This document shows positions 14,746-35,169 of a DNA stretch of 64,000 bases, piece by piece. The DNA is from the human T2T-CHM13v2.0 reference genome, Homo sapiens, in NCBI RefSeq assembly GCF_009914755.1, contig NC_060936.1; one strand, given 5' to 3'. The position numbers and the translations under genes are program-made. Under the pieces are notes generated by a model that was given only the letters and a program-made list of their open reading frames with translations, did no database searches and had not been told where the DNA came from. Each line of letters starts with the position of its first letter. The stretch's first letter is position 1.

Positions 14746-15048
14746 GGCCAGGTGCATGGCTCACGCCTGTAATCCCAGCACTTTGGGAGGCCAAGGCAGG
14801 TGGATCACGAGGTCAGGAGTTCAAGACCAGCGGCCAACATGGTGAAACCCTATCTCTACTAAGAAGACAAAAATTAGCCAGGCATGTTGACATGCGTCTA
14901 TAATCCCAGCTACTCAGGAGGCTGAGGCAGGAGAATTGTTGGAACCTAGGAGGCGGAGGTTGCAGTGAGTCGAGATTGTTCCACTGCACTCCAGCCTGGG
15001 CAACAGAACAAGTCTCCAACTCAAAAAAAAAAAAAAAAAAAAAAAAAA
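14746..15048 (+). mobile_element. AluS
   Basis: Dimeric Alu with long poly-A; 15-bp TSD attctttcaggggtt (14730-14744 / 15049-15063). Confidence 0.95.
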
Positions 15049-15374
15049 ATTCTTTCAGGGGTTCACTATAGTCTTCAAAGAAAAAAAAAAAAAAACCTTA
15101 GCATATATATGCACCCTGTTTTCTCTGTTTAGCAGTGTGGAGTTAAACTGCTAGGACTCACTCAAATCCATGCTCATATACACTTCTTAGCTCTGTGGCC
15201 TCCTAAATTACTTTACCTACATAATACATAATAATCTAATAATTTAACTCCTAACTACTTTTTGATGTACCTTTATTTATCTTTCCTTGGGCTTAAAATT
15301 CTTTAATTCTATTTCTCATCTATTTACTTTGGTAGCACGTGATAAATGTTGAATGGGATGACTAATAACTTGTG

Positions 15375-15575
15375 TTAATTGCTTTATAATAATCATTCAT
15401 TAGATTTTCTCCATAAGTCTTTGTGGTAGGTATTGTAATCTCGACTTAAACATGGGAGATACCATGAATTACAGAGGTGAAGGTATTTCTCAAAGTCAAA
15501 TGTCTAATTAGTAAGATAATTATGATTCAAGTCTAGATCTTTCATTCTCTAAATTCTCGGCCCTTTTTACTTCTG
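15375..15575 (-). mobile_element. MIR fragment
   Basis: 'ggtaggtattg...acagaggtgaagg...caaagtca...gattcaagtctagatct'. Confidence 0.55.
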
Positions 15576-16104
15576 TTTTGCAGTCTCTTAGAGGAAAAAC
15601 AGCTGACACAGTTATGGGTGCCTCTGTTCCTATTTCTAACTAAAACCCTAAACTGTAATGTGGGATTAAAAATAGTACAGCTGAATTTAGTTTTCAACTG
15701 GGTAAGCACATGAGAACTTCATGCCACTCGGTCAGTGTTCCTCAAAAGTTTCACTTATGGGAAATTTTTATTAGCCTCTGTAAGGGTGATTTAAAATATA
15801 AATCTTCAAACCTAGATCTCCACATTAAGAATTACCTGGGTTATTTTCCAAGAGAATTCTAATGGACATGAAGAGAACCGCTGGCCAAAAATGAGAAATT
15901 AATATACAAGATGTAATCACGAATTGCCCAGTTCCTAAATGTGATGCTCATAAAGAAGATGCTTATTTCCACATGCTTTTATCAACCTTAGGACTGGAAA
16001 AAATATCAAGAAAATAACTACAACAGTCATTGCATGGAGTCTGCCTAAACTGAAAAAAAAGGAAGAAGAAGGAATTAAATTTTATTTTTTAATTGCTGAG
16101 CCTA

Positions 16105-16504
16105 TGTGGTATATATTGACAAAATTCATTGATATCCCTTTCCTTTCTATGTCCAGACAAATAGGAGAATTGTCCCTTCCCACATATGAAGTAAGGCAAG
16201 GATATATGACTTGCTCTGAGCACTTAAATATGAGCAGAATTGATGTTTGGCATTTCTGTGTGGAGTCATTTAATTGGTTTTGCTCGTCTTTCTAAGTATC
16301 TCTTCTCTGATTCCATGATCACAAGATCATATCTACATGTGGATGTACACAATAAGCCATCACATAAATAGCCACTCTTCTGGAGAAATGCTGAGGCTCA
16401 CACTGAGCATCAAAGAAGAACTGAACCTGTAAGATTTATTTTAAATTTTTTGTCTCATTTTTTGTCACTATAACATAAACTGTATCAGTATGCCGAATGA
16501 TATA
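16105..16504 (+). mobile_element. Old MLT1-family LTR
   Basis: 'gaagtaaggcaaggatatatgacttgctctg...aaatatgagcagaa'; '...atgatata' end. Confidence 0.55.
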
Positions 16505-16925
16505 GGATATGTTTATATTATGTTTAGTAAGTGAATTTTATTAAAATAAAACAACACACACACACCCCACCTCAATTCACTGAAAATATTCTTCCAATTA
16601 ATTTCACTAAAGCAGACACAATTGGTCAGCTAATTCACTTTGAAGACTAGATCCAGTTACACCTAGGAAATAAAAAAATTCTGGCTTTATTTCAGAGAGT
16701 AGTCTCCAAAGAAGTAAAAACAATTAAGTGAAATAATCTTCAGTGCTGGAATCATCAAGTAATTAGATTAGCTTTAGGATGCATACCACTATACTAGGTG
16801 TCATGGGGTTTTCAAAGCTTAAAATTTATCTCCTCTGAACTCTTTGACTCAAAACAACCTTAATTACAATAGTGTTTCCCAAGACTAAACCTTATAATGC
16901 TATTCAGGACAGAGTTGGTTATTAA

Positions 16926-17267
<342 letters not shown>

Positions 17268-18305
17268 AGTATTATGTTTTAAAAAGCTATTATATTGTGG
17301 TGATTCCAAGATGGCCGAATAGGAACAGCTCCAGTCTACAGCTCCCAGCATGAGCGATGCAGAAGATGGGTGATTTCTGCATTTCCAACTGAGGTACTGG
17401 GTTCATCTCACTGGGGCTTGTCGGACAGTGGGCACAGGACAGTGGGTGCAGCACACCGAGGGTGAGGCGAAGCAGGGCAAGGCATCGCCTCACCCGGGAA
17501 GTGCAAGGGGTCAGGGAATTCCCTTTCCTAGCCAAGCAAAGCAGTGACAGATGGCACCTGGAAAATTGGGTCACTCCCACCCTAATACTGCGCTTTTCCA
17601 GTGGTCTTAGCAAATGGCACACCAGGAGATTATATCCTGTGCCTGGCTCGGAGGTTCCCACGCCCATGGAGCCTCACTCATTGCTAGCACAGCAGTTTGA
17701 GATTGAACTGCAAGGCAGCAGTGAGGCTGGGGGAGGGGGGCCCACAATTGCTGAGGCTTGAGTAGGTAAACAAAGCGGCCAGGAAGCTCAAACTGGGTGG
17801 AGCCCACCTCAGCTCAAGGAGGCCTGCCTACCTCTGTAGACTCCACCTCTGGGGGCAGGGCATAGCTGAGCAAAAGGAAGCAGCAACCTCTGCAGACTTA
17901 AATGTCCCTGTCTGAGAGCTTTGAAGAGAGTAGCGGTTCTCCCAGCATGGAGTTTGAGATCTGAGAATGGACAGACTGCCTCCTCAAGTGGGTCCCTGAC
18001 CCCCAAGTAGCCTGACTGGGAGGCATCCCCAGTAGGGGCAGACTGACACTTCACATGGCTGGGTACCCCTCTGAGACGAAACCTCCAGAGGAACGATCAG
18101 ACAGCAACATTTGCTGTTCAGCAATATTCACTGTTCTGTAGCCTTTGCTGCTGATACACAGGCAAACAGGGTCTGGAGTGGACAGACCTGCAGCTGAGGA
18201 TCCTGACTGTTAGGAGAAAAACTAACAAACAGAAAGGACATCCACACCAAAACCCCATCTGTATGTTACCATCATCAAAGACCAAAGGTAGATAAAACCA
18301 CAAAG

Positions 18306-19318
18306 AAGGGGAAAAAACAGAGAAGAAAAACTGAAAATTCTAAAAATCAGAGTGCCTTGCCTCCTCCAAAGGAACGCAGCTCCTCACCAGCAACAGAACA
18401 AAGCTGGACGGAGAATGACTTTGATGAGTTGAGAGAAGAAGGCTTCAGAGATCAAACTTTTCTGCACTAAAGGAGGAAGTTTGAAGGCATCGCAAAGAAG
18501 TTAAAAACCTTGAAAAAAGATTAGACAAATGGCTAACTAGAGTAACCAATGTAGAGAAGGCCTTAAATGACCTGATGGAGCTGAAAACCATGACATGAGA
18601 ACTACGTGATGAATGCATAAGCTTCAGTAGCTGATTCGATCAGCTGGAAGAAAGGGTATCAGTGATTGAAGATCAAATGAATGAAATGAAGTGAGAATTT
18701 TAGAGAAAAAAGAATAAAAAGAAATGAACAAAGCCTCCAAGAAATATGGGACTATGTGAAAAGAACTAATCTATGTCTGATTGGTGTACCCTAAAGTGAC
18801 GGGGAGAATGGAACCAAGTTGGAAAACACTCTGCAGGATATTATCCAGGAGAACTTCCCCAATCTAGCAAGGCAGGCCAACATTCAGATTCAGGAAATAT
18901 AGAGAACGCCACAAAGATACTCCTTGAGGTGAGCAACTCCAAGACACATAATTGTCAGATTCACCAAAGTTGAAATAAAGGAAAAAATGTTAAGGGCAGC
19001 CAGAGAGAAAGGTCGGGTTACCCACAAAGGGAAGCCCATCAGACTAACAGCTGATCTCTTGGCAGAAACCCTACAAGCCAGAAGAGAGTGGGGGCCAATA
19101 TTCAACGTTTTTAAAGAAAAGAATTTTCAACCCAGAATTTCACATCCAGCCAAACTAAACTTCATAAATGAAGGAGGAAAAAAAATCCTTTACTGACAAG
19201 CAAATGCTGAGAGATTTTTGTCACTACCAGGCCTGCTCTAAAAGAGCTCCTAAAGGAAGCACTAAACATGGAAAGGAAAAACCGGTACTAGCCACTGCAA
19301 AAACATGCCAAATTGTAA
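18306..19318 (+). pseudogene. L1 ORF1p, disrupted
   Basis: Start codon reads AAG ('aaggggaaaaaacag'); fragment MLRAAREKGRVTHKGKPIRLTADL; stops and frameshifts. Confidence 0.9.
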
Positions 19319-19381
19319 AGACCATCGAGGCTAGGAAGAAACTGCATCAACTAACAAGCAAACGAACCAGCTAACATCATA

Positions 19382-23201
<3,820 letters not shown>

Positions 23202-23924
23202 ACAATGAGAACACTTGGACACAGGAAGGGAAACATCACACAGCGGGGCCTGTTGTGGGGTGGGGGAGGGGGAAGGGATAGCATTAGGAGATATACCTAA
23301 TGTAAATGACGAGTTAATGGGTGCAGCACACAAACATGGCACATGTATACATATATAACAAACCTGCACTTTGTGCACATGTACCCTAGAACTTAAAGTA
23401 TAATAAAAATTTATATATTAAAAAAAGCTATTATATTAAAAAGCAAATGCAAACAATGTAACATAATACAAATTGTTAGAAGGCATTCAATTTATTCTTA
23501 CTTTTTATGTGCTAAAATTCTTACTTTATGTTTGGAATATCTTTTACATACAATCCATGAGGAATGGGTTTAAATGGGTTCTATTTAAAATTTGAAGTAT
23601 CCAGAAATATGTAGTAGAGCAGCTGCCTTGAAATAACTTCCTGCATCATTTTACTCTTGAAACAAATCATCTCATTTATCTAAGTATTGACTATAAAAGT
23701 CAATGGAAAAGTTGATCTTTCAATACTTGTTATAGGAATTGATAATATTAAGTCTATGTGTATTTGGTGGGGAGTGACATCTTATTTTTCTTCCTCAGGA
23801 AGCATTTAATGTCAGTCTGTTCTGGAAGAATATGGATAACAAAGACCAAACAACAAAGACGACGTTTCTTCCACCTTGCTTCATGGTTGTATTAGCTTAA
23901 TGAGGCAAGTTGTCTTGTTATTTC

Positions 23925-24400
23925 TTCCATAATTATTTACATTGAGTTTTTTTAATGTGCCAGAAAGTGTTGAGACACTAGGGAGTATGTGGTACATCAA
24001 ACAAGACAGAGTGCCTGACTCTGAAGATGTCTTCATAGTAGTGTCACAGATGAACATTAATCAATCCCACAAAGTAATTTAAATGTAAAACTGTTAAATG
24101 ATTCACAAAGGCAAGATATAGAATATTATAAAAGCATATAGTAGAAAATTGCCTTAATCATGGATATCAGAAAAATCATTCTTAAGTATGTTACACACAG
24201 ACTAATTAGGAATTCATTAAACAAAAGTTCACACACAAACATGTGCACACTTAGCATTCCAGAAAGAGGAGATTGTAAGTGTAAAGGCCTTGTTTTGAGA
24301 GGGAGTTTGGCAATTATGACACATTAAAGCATAACAGGTATGGCTGCTGAAGTGGAGCAGTGTAGGGAAATGTAGCTTGAAAAGAGACCAGACTTCGTCT
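23925..24400 (-). mobile_element. L2 fragment
   Basis: 'ttattt acattgag...atgtgccag...gtgttgagacactaggg', 'gcattccagaaagaggag'. Confidence 0.55.
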
Positions 24401-24914
24401 GATCCCACAAAAGTGTTTATAATGAAAGTTGGGTTACTTTGGCATTATTTCGTTTTGATCCACTTACAACATTACTGGTGCTTGGAATGATGTCAATAAT
24501 ATTAATGTCCAAAATTTATCATTTGGTATAATAGTAAAAGCATCATTGTGTACCACATGCAATTCATATTTGTGATAGAAATGGGTTTTTTATTATTTCT
24601 TCACAAATTTTTCAGAACTTATTCTTTTATAAAATAACTCCAATTAAAGTATTTCAGTAACAATAAAAATATTATGTGTCTTCTCATTGTCATCTCCAAT
24701 AACAAAGTTTCCAAATTTGTGTAGCTGTGCCTGCTTAGGTATTAAACACAGTAATGCTGCTTATGTCTTTTATAAATATGAAGCCAGATATTATCCACCA
24801 TGGGAAAACTTTCAAAAGTAAGTTATAAACTTTAAATATCTGTGTAAACTCTCTCAGGACAAAGAAAAAGGAATTAGAAATATTAAAATGAATGTTATAA
24901 ATACTATTCAATAT

Positions 24915-26991
<2,077 letters not shown>

Positions 26992-28085
26992 TACCATGTT
27001 ATTTTTAATAAGTGGTAATAGTCATATTAGAAAAAAAAATTCTTGATATTTACCAGGACCCTTGAAAAGTATAATCTTCAAAGTGAATTTTGTATTATTT
27101 ATTAAGTAATAGTGATTGGAAACAATGCTACACTTATTACTATTGATATTATTATCAAAATTGTTATAATTATTAAGCCAAATTCTACATAGGGGCTAAT
27201 TAAAAGTCTGGGCCCTTGCCATGAACTTTTAGTCAACGATATCAGAAAACTTACTAATTTTGAGTGCTCCAATGAAGTGTTGTATTACAAGTCAAATTCA
27301 TTACAACTTCAAGGAACAGTTTGTATATATTTTGTTGTCCTGGAACCATATCATTTTAAATGACTGTGCAATCAGTTTATAGCTTGAAGATATTTGAATA
27401 CAATTTTTGTTTGAACAATACTTTTATTACTTTTGAGTAAGTCTTTCTTTTGACCATGAGTTCATGAGAACTGTGAATAGCAATATGCTTTGCAAGCAAC
27501 TGAAGAAGCAAAGAACACTTATTTTATTGGATCTATGTAGTAAGTAATGAAATGATGGAATTGTAAAATAGTTTGGAGAGAAACCAATTAAAATGATATC
27601 TCTAAATTTCAACATACTATTAAATAAACCTGATTAGTTCTATAACCCAGGATTCAAGAATTCATAATTCTTAGAATGTCAGGTTTGACATACAAACAAA
27701 AAAACTATCTTCTTTTAAAACTGTTGTCACTCATATAAAGCCTCTTCCACAACACCAATATATTTCTGCATAAGCCACTATGTCTGCTTTCACGTCTTTG
27801 AGTCCTAGGTTTTATCTTGAAAATATTTGAGGCCTTACATGTGTCAAAGAAATGGCGTAAACATGTATGTCATATGGCATGTGACTTTTTGTTCTTTAAT
27901 CAATGATTCTAAATGTTATCTTTGTATTAAAAAATAATTGCTTCTCCACATGCAAAAATGGAGTTAGTTTCTTAATATGAGAAACATTTTCTGATACAAA
28001 GATTAAAAACACAATGGATTGTCTTTGGAAACAATTACTCCATCACTGGATGAGTTCATCAAACAAACAATTTATAACCACATAT

Positions 28086-28176
28086 GAGCTGATTTGGGGA
28101 ACTATATGTCACAAAACAGATGAAGAAAGAAACAAAAAGTAAGTTTAAGAATAGCTATGATTAAGGAAAATATAAT
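28086..28176 (+). repeat. 91-bp direct repeat, copy 1
   Basis: Matches 29592-29682 with 3 substitutions by manual alignment. Confidence 0.95.
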
Positions 28177-28685
28177 GAACATTTGTTAAACATCATGCTC
28201 TGAGATCAGAATATAGAAAAGAAAAACATTGAGTACTGACCAACAATGTGCATATTTTCTGAAAAAGTAGACAATATAAATAAGATATAAATAAAATATT
28301 GTAATGAATGGTATAGGTTCAGTTACACAAAATGCACAGGTTGTTACTAGAACCCAAAGTAGGAATAAGCCAAATTGGAATGTTAGTTTTTCTCCTTCTT
28401 TCCTTCTTTCCTTTTTGAACACTTTTAATACTTCATTTAGAACAGAGGTAGAAACGAAGTAGGAGCACATAGATACAAATTTTAAATGGAACTCTCTGTG
28501 GCTCTTTTACATTTTTCACTGTAAAATATTTGGCTACATATATGCTTGGAGGAAAGACATAACTTTCCAGTGAATTTAATGAAAAATCAATGATAACAAA
28601 CTAAAAATAAGGGGAAAATTGAATTATGGAATAGTGTCACGTTGGCTATGGCAAAGAAGAAACACATAGCATAAAAGAAAACATG

Positions 28686-29006
<321 letters not shown>

Positions 29007-29029
29007 TTATTGTCTATTATACTACACTC

Positions 29030-29460
29030 CTCTTTGCCCACTCTGTTCCAATCACATTTACACCTTTGCTCATCTTCATGAAAGCTGAATATAATTCTTT
29101 TTCTTTGTATTTGTTGTTCCTGTGTCCAAAAGAGTATTTCCCTCAAAGATCTGAATAGTATTCTCAAGTTCTCTGTTCAAATGTCCCCTTACCAGAAAGT
29201 CTCATAGAGCCAACCTGTGATTTTAAATATGGGCATATTTTCTCTCCATCATTTTATCGTTCTTTGCTTCTCTTTGCAGCACATTTTACCACCATATATC
29301 TATTTACTTCACATGCATACTCACTTATTTTCTTATTGTCTATCTTCCCCAACTAGAATCAAAGAGCAGAATCACTGTCTGATTCATTGCTCTGTCATAT
29401 GTACCTAGAATAGTACCTAAGAAATAGTGAATGCTCATTATATGTCTGTTGAAATGAATG
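29030..29460 (+). mobile_element. L2 3' fragment
   Basis: 'tctctgttcaaatgtcccct', 'cctagaatagtacct...gctca...tgttgaaatgaatg'. Confidence 0.65.
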
Positions 29461-29591
29461 GACACAGTTCCTCTCAAGCTGGAAATAAAATCAATTCTAG
29501 AAAAAACTTCAGGGAACATATTTTGTATGATGAATCATTGCATTTTGATCTGGCTAAAGAGACAGATAAAGCATGATGGATTGGGAAATTA

Positions 29592-29682
29592 GAGCTGATT
29601 TGGGGAACTATATGTCAGAAAACAGATGAAGAAAGAAACAAAAAGTAAATTTAAGATTAGCTATGATTAAGGAAAATATAAT
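29592..29682 (+). repeat. 91-bp direct repeat, copy 2
   Basis: Matches 28086-28176. Confidence 0.95.
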
Positions 29683-31846
29683 CAGAGTTATGACCCAGTT
29701 CTTGATAGTGGATAAGATTTTTGTAATAAAATATTATATAAAGTGGCAACATGTATGAATATGTAGAATGTAAAAGAAGGTAATTCAAGTATATGTAGTA
29801 AAGGAACTCAGAAACCTAGTGCCATTATTATTCATTTCATTGAAGCCTAGATAAATATTCCCATAGCATCACAATAATGGTATTGAGAATGGATAAAAAA
29901 GGGGATTGGCACTTTGGGTGAATATTTGAGAGGCAATAATTGAGAATTATGGTAACAGAACAAAACTAGACAAATGGCAGTGAGAAATAACGTAAATTCT
30001 GATCTTCTTTTGAAATAAAGGTTGGAATGCTATATCTTACTTATTTCAAGAGAATTTTTAGAGGAAAGTAAAATTTTAGTAGTGATATGAAGAAATAAGA
30101 ATGATTTTAAAGACAAAAATGAGAGAATTTGAAAGTATTTATTCACAAAGGAAAGACAACTAGAAACAAGGTATGTGTGTATGGGAATGGGCCTGGATTT
30201 GGGAAGGTTTCAAGTATAGAGGCAGACAAAAAATGTTTAGGAATGTTCTTAGAATACTAAGTAGGAGAAAATAAAACTATTGTGTGTGAAAAATTATTTT
30301 GTAATCTAAAATGCCTTATACAAATGCAATAGAATAAATTACACATAGGGATAAAAGCATTTTTTAAAAAACTATATATTTTTTTTTGGCCAGTAAGCAC
30401 CTCACCTCATATTTCTCTTCTCTGCCTCATTTCCTGTTAACCACACTAGTTTATTGTTGCTCTGGAGAGACACCAAACTCCAACTTGACCTCAAAGTCTT
30501 TGCAGCTGCTATATTTCTACTTGCTTTATTAAATTTCCTAATTTATCTACACAAACGGCTCTTTATAAACTTACTCAAGTATCACCTAACCACTGTGATA
30601 AGATACAGGAAATACTACATCCAGTAAGATCCTTCATCTAGTGGAGTAAATTGGAAAGTAAATAAGTAACCAGATGCATGTTATAATATAATTCCTATAA
30701 TATGGGTATGAACTGAGAGCATATAGGAATTACATATTATCCAAGCTTTAAAAGTGAGAAAAGCTATCATCTAGGCTGCATCCTAGTGATGAGTTGATAT
30801 TATAAGCAAATGATGCAAGAACATTTGACAGAATAGAAGAAGATTGAAAGGTGGGAGGCAATATGGTTCATGCAAAAACTACACAATAGCTGGAACATGG
30901 CAAGTTTGTCTGTATTTACATGTAGAGATCACCCTGAAACTATTTCTGGAAAAAACAGGCATTAAAAATCAACTATTATCTGTTATTATGTCACAACTTA
31001 TGTCTCTGTTTCCACTTTTTCTCCCCTAATGTCTACGTTCCACTTGGCAACCACAGTAATTATTCTAAAAAGTAGATCATATCATACCATTACCTTCATT
31101 AAAAACTCTGGTAAACACTCCAGCCACATTGGCCTCCATATCTTTTCCCTGAACACATCAAGCATACATCACACAGAGGCTTGGCACCAGTTGTTTTCTT
31201 CTGAATATTACCATGAATTTTTCCATGGGTTACTCTTTTACTTCATTCTCTGTTTAAATGGTAACTCCTCAAAGTGGCCTCAACTGACAAGCCTATCTAA
31301 AATGGCCACCCTCTCCCATCCTCTTATCACTGCATCACCTGTGGCTGTCTCTGTCTGTATTCATTCTGATATGGTTTGGGTCTGTGTCCCCACCCAAATC
31401 TCATGTCAAATTCTAATCCCCAATGTTGGAGATGGGGCTGGTGGGAGATGATTGATTCATGGGGGTGGATTTCCTCCTTAGTGCTGCTCTCATGATAGTG
31501 AGTGAGTTCTCGTGAGATTTGGTTATTTAAAATCATGTAGCACCTTCCTCCTCCCTTGCTTCCCTCTGCTCCAGCCATGTAAGATGTGCCTCCTTCCCCT
31601 TCATCTTCTGTCATAATTGTAAGTTTCATGAGGCCTCCCCAGCCATGCTTCCTGCATAGCCTACAGAACCATAGGCCAATTAAACCTCTTTGCTTTATAA
31701 ATTACCCAGTCTCAGATAGTTCTTTATAGCAATGCAAAAAGGGACTAATATATAAAATTTGTACCCAGGAGTGGGGCATTGCTGTAAAGATGCCTAAAAT
31801 GTGGAAGCAGTTTTGAAACTGGGTAATCAGTAGAGCTTGGCACACT

Positions 31847-32586
31847 TTGGAGGGCTCAGAAGAAAGTCTGGAACTTCCTAGAGACTCATTGAATGGTTTT
31901 GACAAAAATGTTGATAGTGATATGGACAGAGATGGCTTGGCTGATGAGGTCTCAGATGGAGATGAAGAACTTATTGGGAACTGGGGCAAAAGTCACTTTT
32001 GTTATGCATTAGCAAATAACCTGGCAGCATTGTGCCCTGGCTCTAGGGATATGTGTAACTTTGAACTTGAGAGAAATGATTTAGGGTATCTGGTGGAAGA
32101 AATTTCTAAGCAGCAAAGTGTTTCAAAAGTAGGCAGGCTGCTTCTAAAAGCCTATGCTCATATGCCTGAACAAAGAAATGATCTGGAACTGAAACTTACA
32201 TTTCAAAGGGAAGCAGAAGGTAAAGGTTTGGAAAATTTGCAAACTGGTCCTGTGGTAGAAACAAAAGACCCATTTTCACAGAAGAAATTGAAGCAGGCTC
32301 CAGAAACTTGCATAACTAAAAAAGGCAAGTACTAATGGTCAAGACAATGATAAAAAAGCCCTGGAGGCACTTCAGAGACTTTTGGGCCAGACACTCCCAT
32401 CACAGACACTCTCATCACAGGCTTCTTCCCAGAAGCATAGGGGGACAGAGTGGTTTCATGGGCCAGGCTCAGGGCCCTGCTGCCCTGCGCAGTCTTGGGA
32501 CAGTGCTTCCTGCATTCCAGCTGCTCCAGCTCCAGCCTAGGCTTAAAGGGGCCCGGAGAATCAGGCTGCTGCTTCAACGGGTGTGA
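31847..32586 (+). pseudogene. MaLR internal ORF remnant
   Basis: 162-aa open stretch 'SLELPRD..NGFD..DEVSDGDEELIGNW..LGYLVEEISKQQS', typical of THE1/MST internal ORFs. Confidence 0.75.
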
Positions 32587-33430
32587 GCCATAAGCCTTGG
32601 TGGCTTTAATATCAAGCTTGCAGGTACACAGAGTATAAAAGTTTAAGCTTGGGAGCCTCCACTAGATTTCAGAAGATGTATAGAAAAATCTGGATGTACA
32701 GGTAAAAGACTGCGGCAAGGGCAGAGCCCCCATGGAGAACCACTACTAGGGCAATGTGGAAGGAAATTGTGGGATTGGAGCCCCCATACAGAGTCCCCAC
32801 TAGAGCACTACCTAGTGGAATTGTGGGAAGACAGCCACTGTCCTCCAGACCCCAGAATGGGAGATTCATTGACAGCCTGCCCCGTGCACGTGGAAAAGTG
32901 ATGTCAATCAATGCCAGCCCTTGAGAGCAACCATGGGAACAGCCCTGCAGAGGCACAGGGGTGAACCTTCCCATGGCCTTGAGAGACCACCCCTTGTGTC
33001 AGTGTGGCCTGGATGTGAGATATGGAGTCAAAGGAGATTATTTTGGAGCTTTAAGATTTAATGACTGCTCTGCTGGGTTTTGGACTTGCATGGAGCCTAT
33101 AGCCCCTTTCTTTTGGTCAATTTCTCCCTTTTAGAATGAAAGCATTTACCCAATGCCTGTAGCCCCATTGTATCTTGGAAGTAACTGACTTTTGTTTGTT
33201 TTTGTTTTGTTTTGTTTTAATTTTGTGGGTTAACAGGCAGAAGGGACTAGTTTCATTTCAGATAAGACTTTGGACTTCTGAGTTAATGCTGGAATGATTT
33301 AACACTTTGGGAGACCATTGGGAAGGCATGATTATATTTTGAAATGCAAGAAGGACATAAGATTTGGAAGGGCCCAGGGGCAGAATGATATGGTTTGGGT
33401 CTGCATCCTCACCCAAATCTCATGTCAAAT

Positions 33431-34069
33431 TGTTCCAAGACCCAACAGAGGGTCAGGCTGCTATTTCTCATGGCCCAATAATGAGAGGCAGATGAACTGG
33501 GGAGGAAGAGAGTTTTTATTTCTCTACCCAGTTACAGGGAGAAGACCTGGAGATTATCACCAGATCAACTCAAAATTACAAAGTTTTCCAGAGCTTACAT
33601 ATCTTCTAAGCTATATGTCTCCATGTAAATTTGCATTCATCTAAAGACCTAAGTGATTAACTTCTTTTAAATGATAACTAAGGTCTGAGTCCTGAAGACC
33701 TTCCTCTAGAGCCTCAGTAAATTTACTTAATGTAAATGGGTCTAGGTGCTGGGGTGATTACTCTTATCTTGTCTCCTGCTAAATCACAGAGGTTTGTAGA
33801 GTTCCTTCAGACCCCCAATAAACTTGTTTGTGGAGGCCTGGGAAGTGTCTTCAGACCCGCAATGAATCTTGTTCAATTCTAACTGGGTCCTCTTAAGAAT
33901 TCCTTAGGTACTTTTTCATGCTTTAAGGACCAGGAAAGGCCAAGGCAAAAGTCTTGATGGGCTTTTGTTACATCCCAGCCATTGTATAAGGGCATGGGCT
34001 TCTACTATTTAACTTAACCACTCAGTCAGTACTGAAACAGTTGTTAATGAGACCTGGCTTGCAATTACA
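33431..34069 (-). mobile_element. Solo ERV LTR (family not assigned) nested in the MST 3' LTR
   Basis: TG...CA ends; 4-bp TSD AAAT (33427-33430 / 34070-34073); AATAAA on - near 33505; MST LTR resumes afterwards. Confidence 0.75.
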
Positions 34070-34811
34070 AAATTGTAATCACAAACAATTACAATTACAA
34101 AATTGTAATCCCTGGTGTTGGAGATGGGGCCTGGTCGGAGGTGATTGGATCATAGTGGTGGATTTCCCCTCAGGCCTGCTCTGATGATAGTAAGTAAGTG
34201 GGTGCTCATGAGATTTGGTTGTTTAAAAGTGTGTAGCACCTTCCCCCTTTATCTATTCATCCTTCTCCAACCACATAAGATGTGTCTGCTTTCCTTTTGC
34301 CTTCTACTATGATTGTAAGTTTCCTGAGATTTCCCCAGCCACGCTTCCTATACAGCCTGCAGAACTGTGAGCCAATTAATCCTCTTTTCTTTATAAATTA
34401 CCCAGTATCAGGTATTTCTTTGTAGCAATGAGAGAATGGACTAATATACCATCCTTGATATGATTGTCATAAGGGTAGAAACTTTGTCTATTTTTTTACA
34501 GTGCTATATCCTCAGTATATATAACAATGCCTAAAACATAATGCATGTCAAGACCACTTTGATGAATTAATGAATAAACAAGCACATATTTGTTGAAATA
34601 ATTAATAAACACGTTTGTTGAAGAAATCAACAAATTAGGGTGGAGATATAAGCAAGAGTTACGTATATTAAGTGATTTTGTGTTTTGAGTCAAGAAGTTT
34701 ACCTTTTGAGGAAGTGGTGCACTAAAAAAATCTTCTGCAGGAATGAGACTTGATCAGATTTTTATTTCTAAAAGATGACCACGGCTAGAGAGTAAAATTA
34801 CAGTCAGGGCA

Positions 34812-35163
34812 TGTTATGGTTTGGCTGTTTCCCCACCCAAATCTTATCTTGAATTGCAGTTTTCATAATCCTCCTGTGTTGTGGGAGGGCTCGGTGGGAG
34901 GTAATTGAATCATGGAGATGGTTACTCCCATGCTGTTCTCGTGATAGTAAGTGAGCTTTATAAGGGGCTTTGCCCCCTTTGATCAGCACTTCTCTTTCCT
35001 GCAGCCATGTGAGGAAGGACCTGCCTGCTTCCCCTTCCACCATGATTGTAAGTTTCCTAAGGCCTCCCCAGCCCTGCAGAACTGTGAGTCAATTAAACCT
35101 TTTTCCTTTATAAATTACCGTCTCGGGAAGTTCTTTACAATAGTGTGAAAATGGACTAATCCA
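34812..35163 (+). mobile_element. THE1 (C/D-like) solo LTR
   Basis: 'atggtttggctgt..ccccacccaaatct.atcttgaattg', 'aactgtgagtcaattaaacct', 'ggactaat'. Confidence 0.9.
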
Positions 35164-35169
35164 GAGTGC

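Larger units (their letters stand above)
31367..34448 (+). mobile_element. Complete MST-family MaLR (5' LTR 31367-31752, internal region, 3' LTR 33386-34448), inserted in an L2
   Basis: Two homologous LTRs 'tgatatggtttgggtctg...gactaata(t)a'; about 1.6 kb internal region; L2 sequence on both flanks; degenerate TSD cattc / catcc. Confidence 0.9.
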
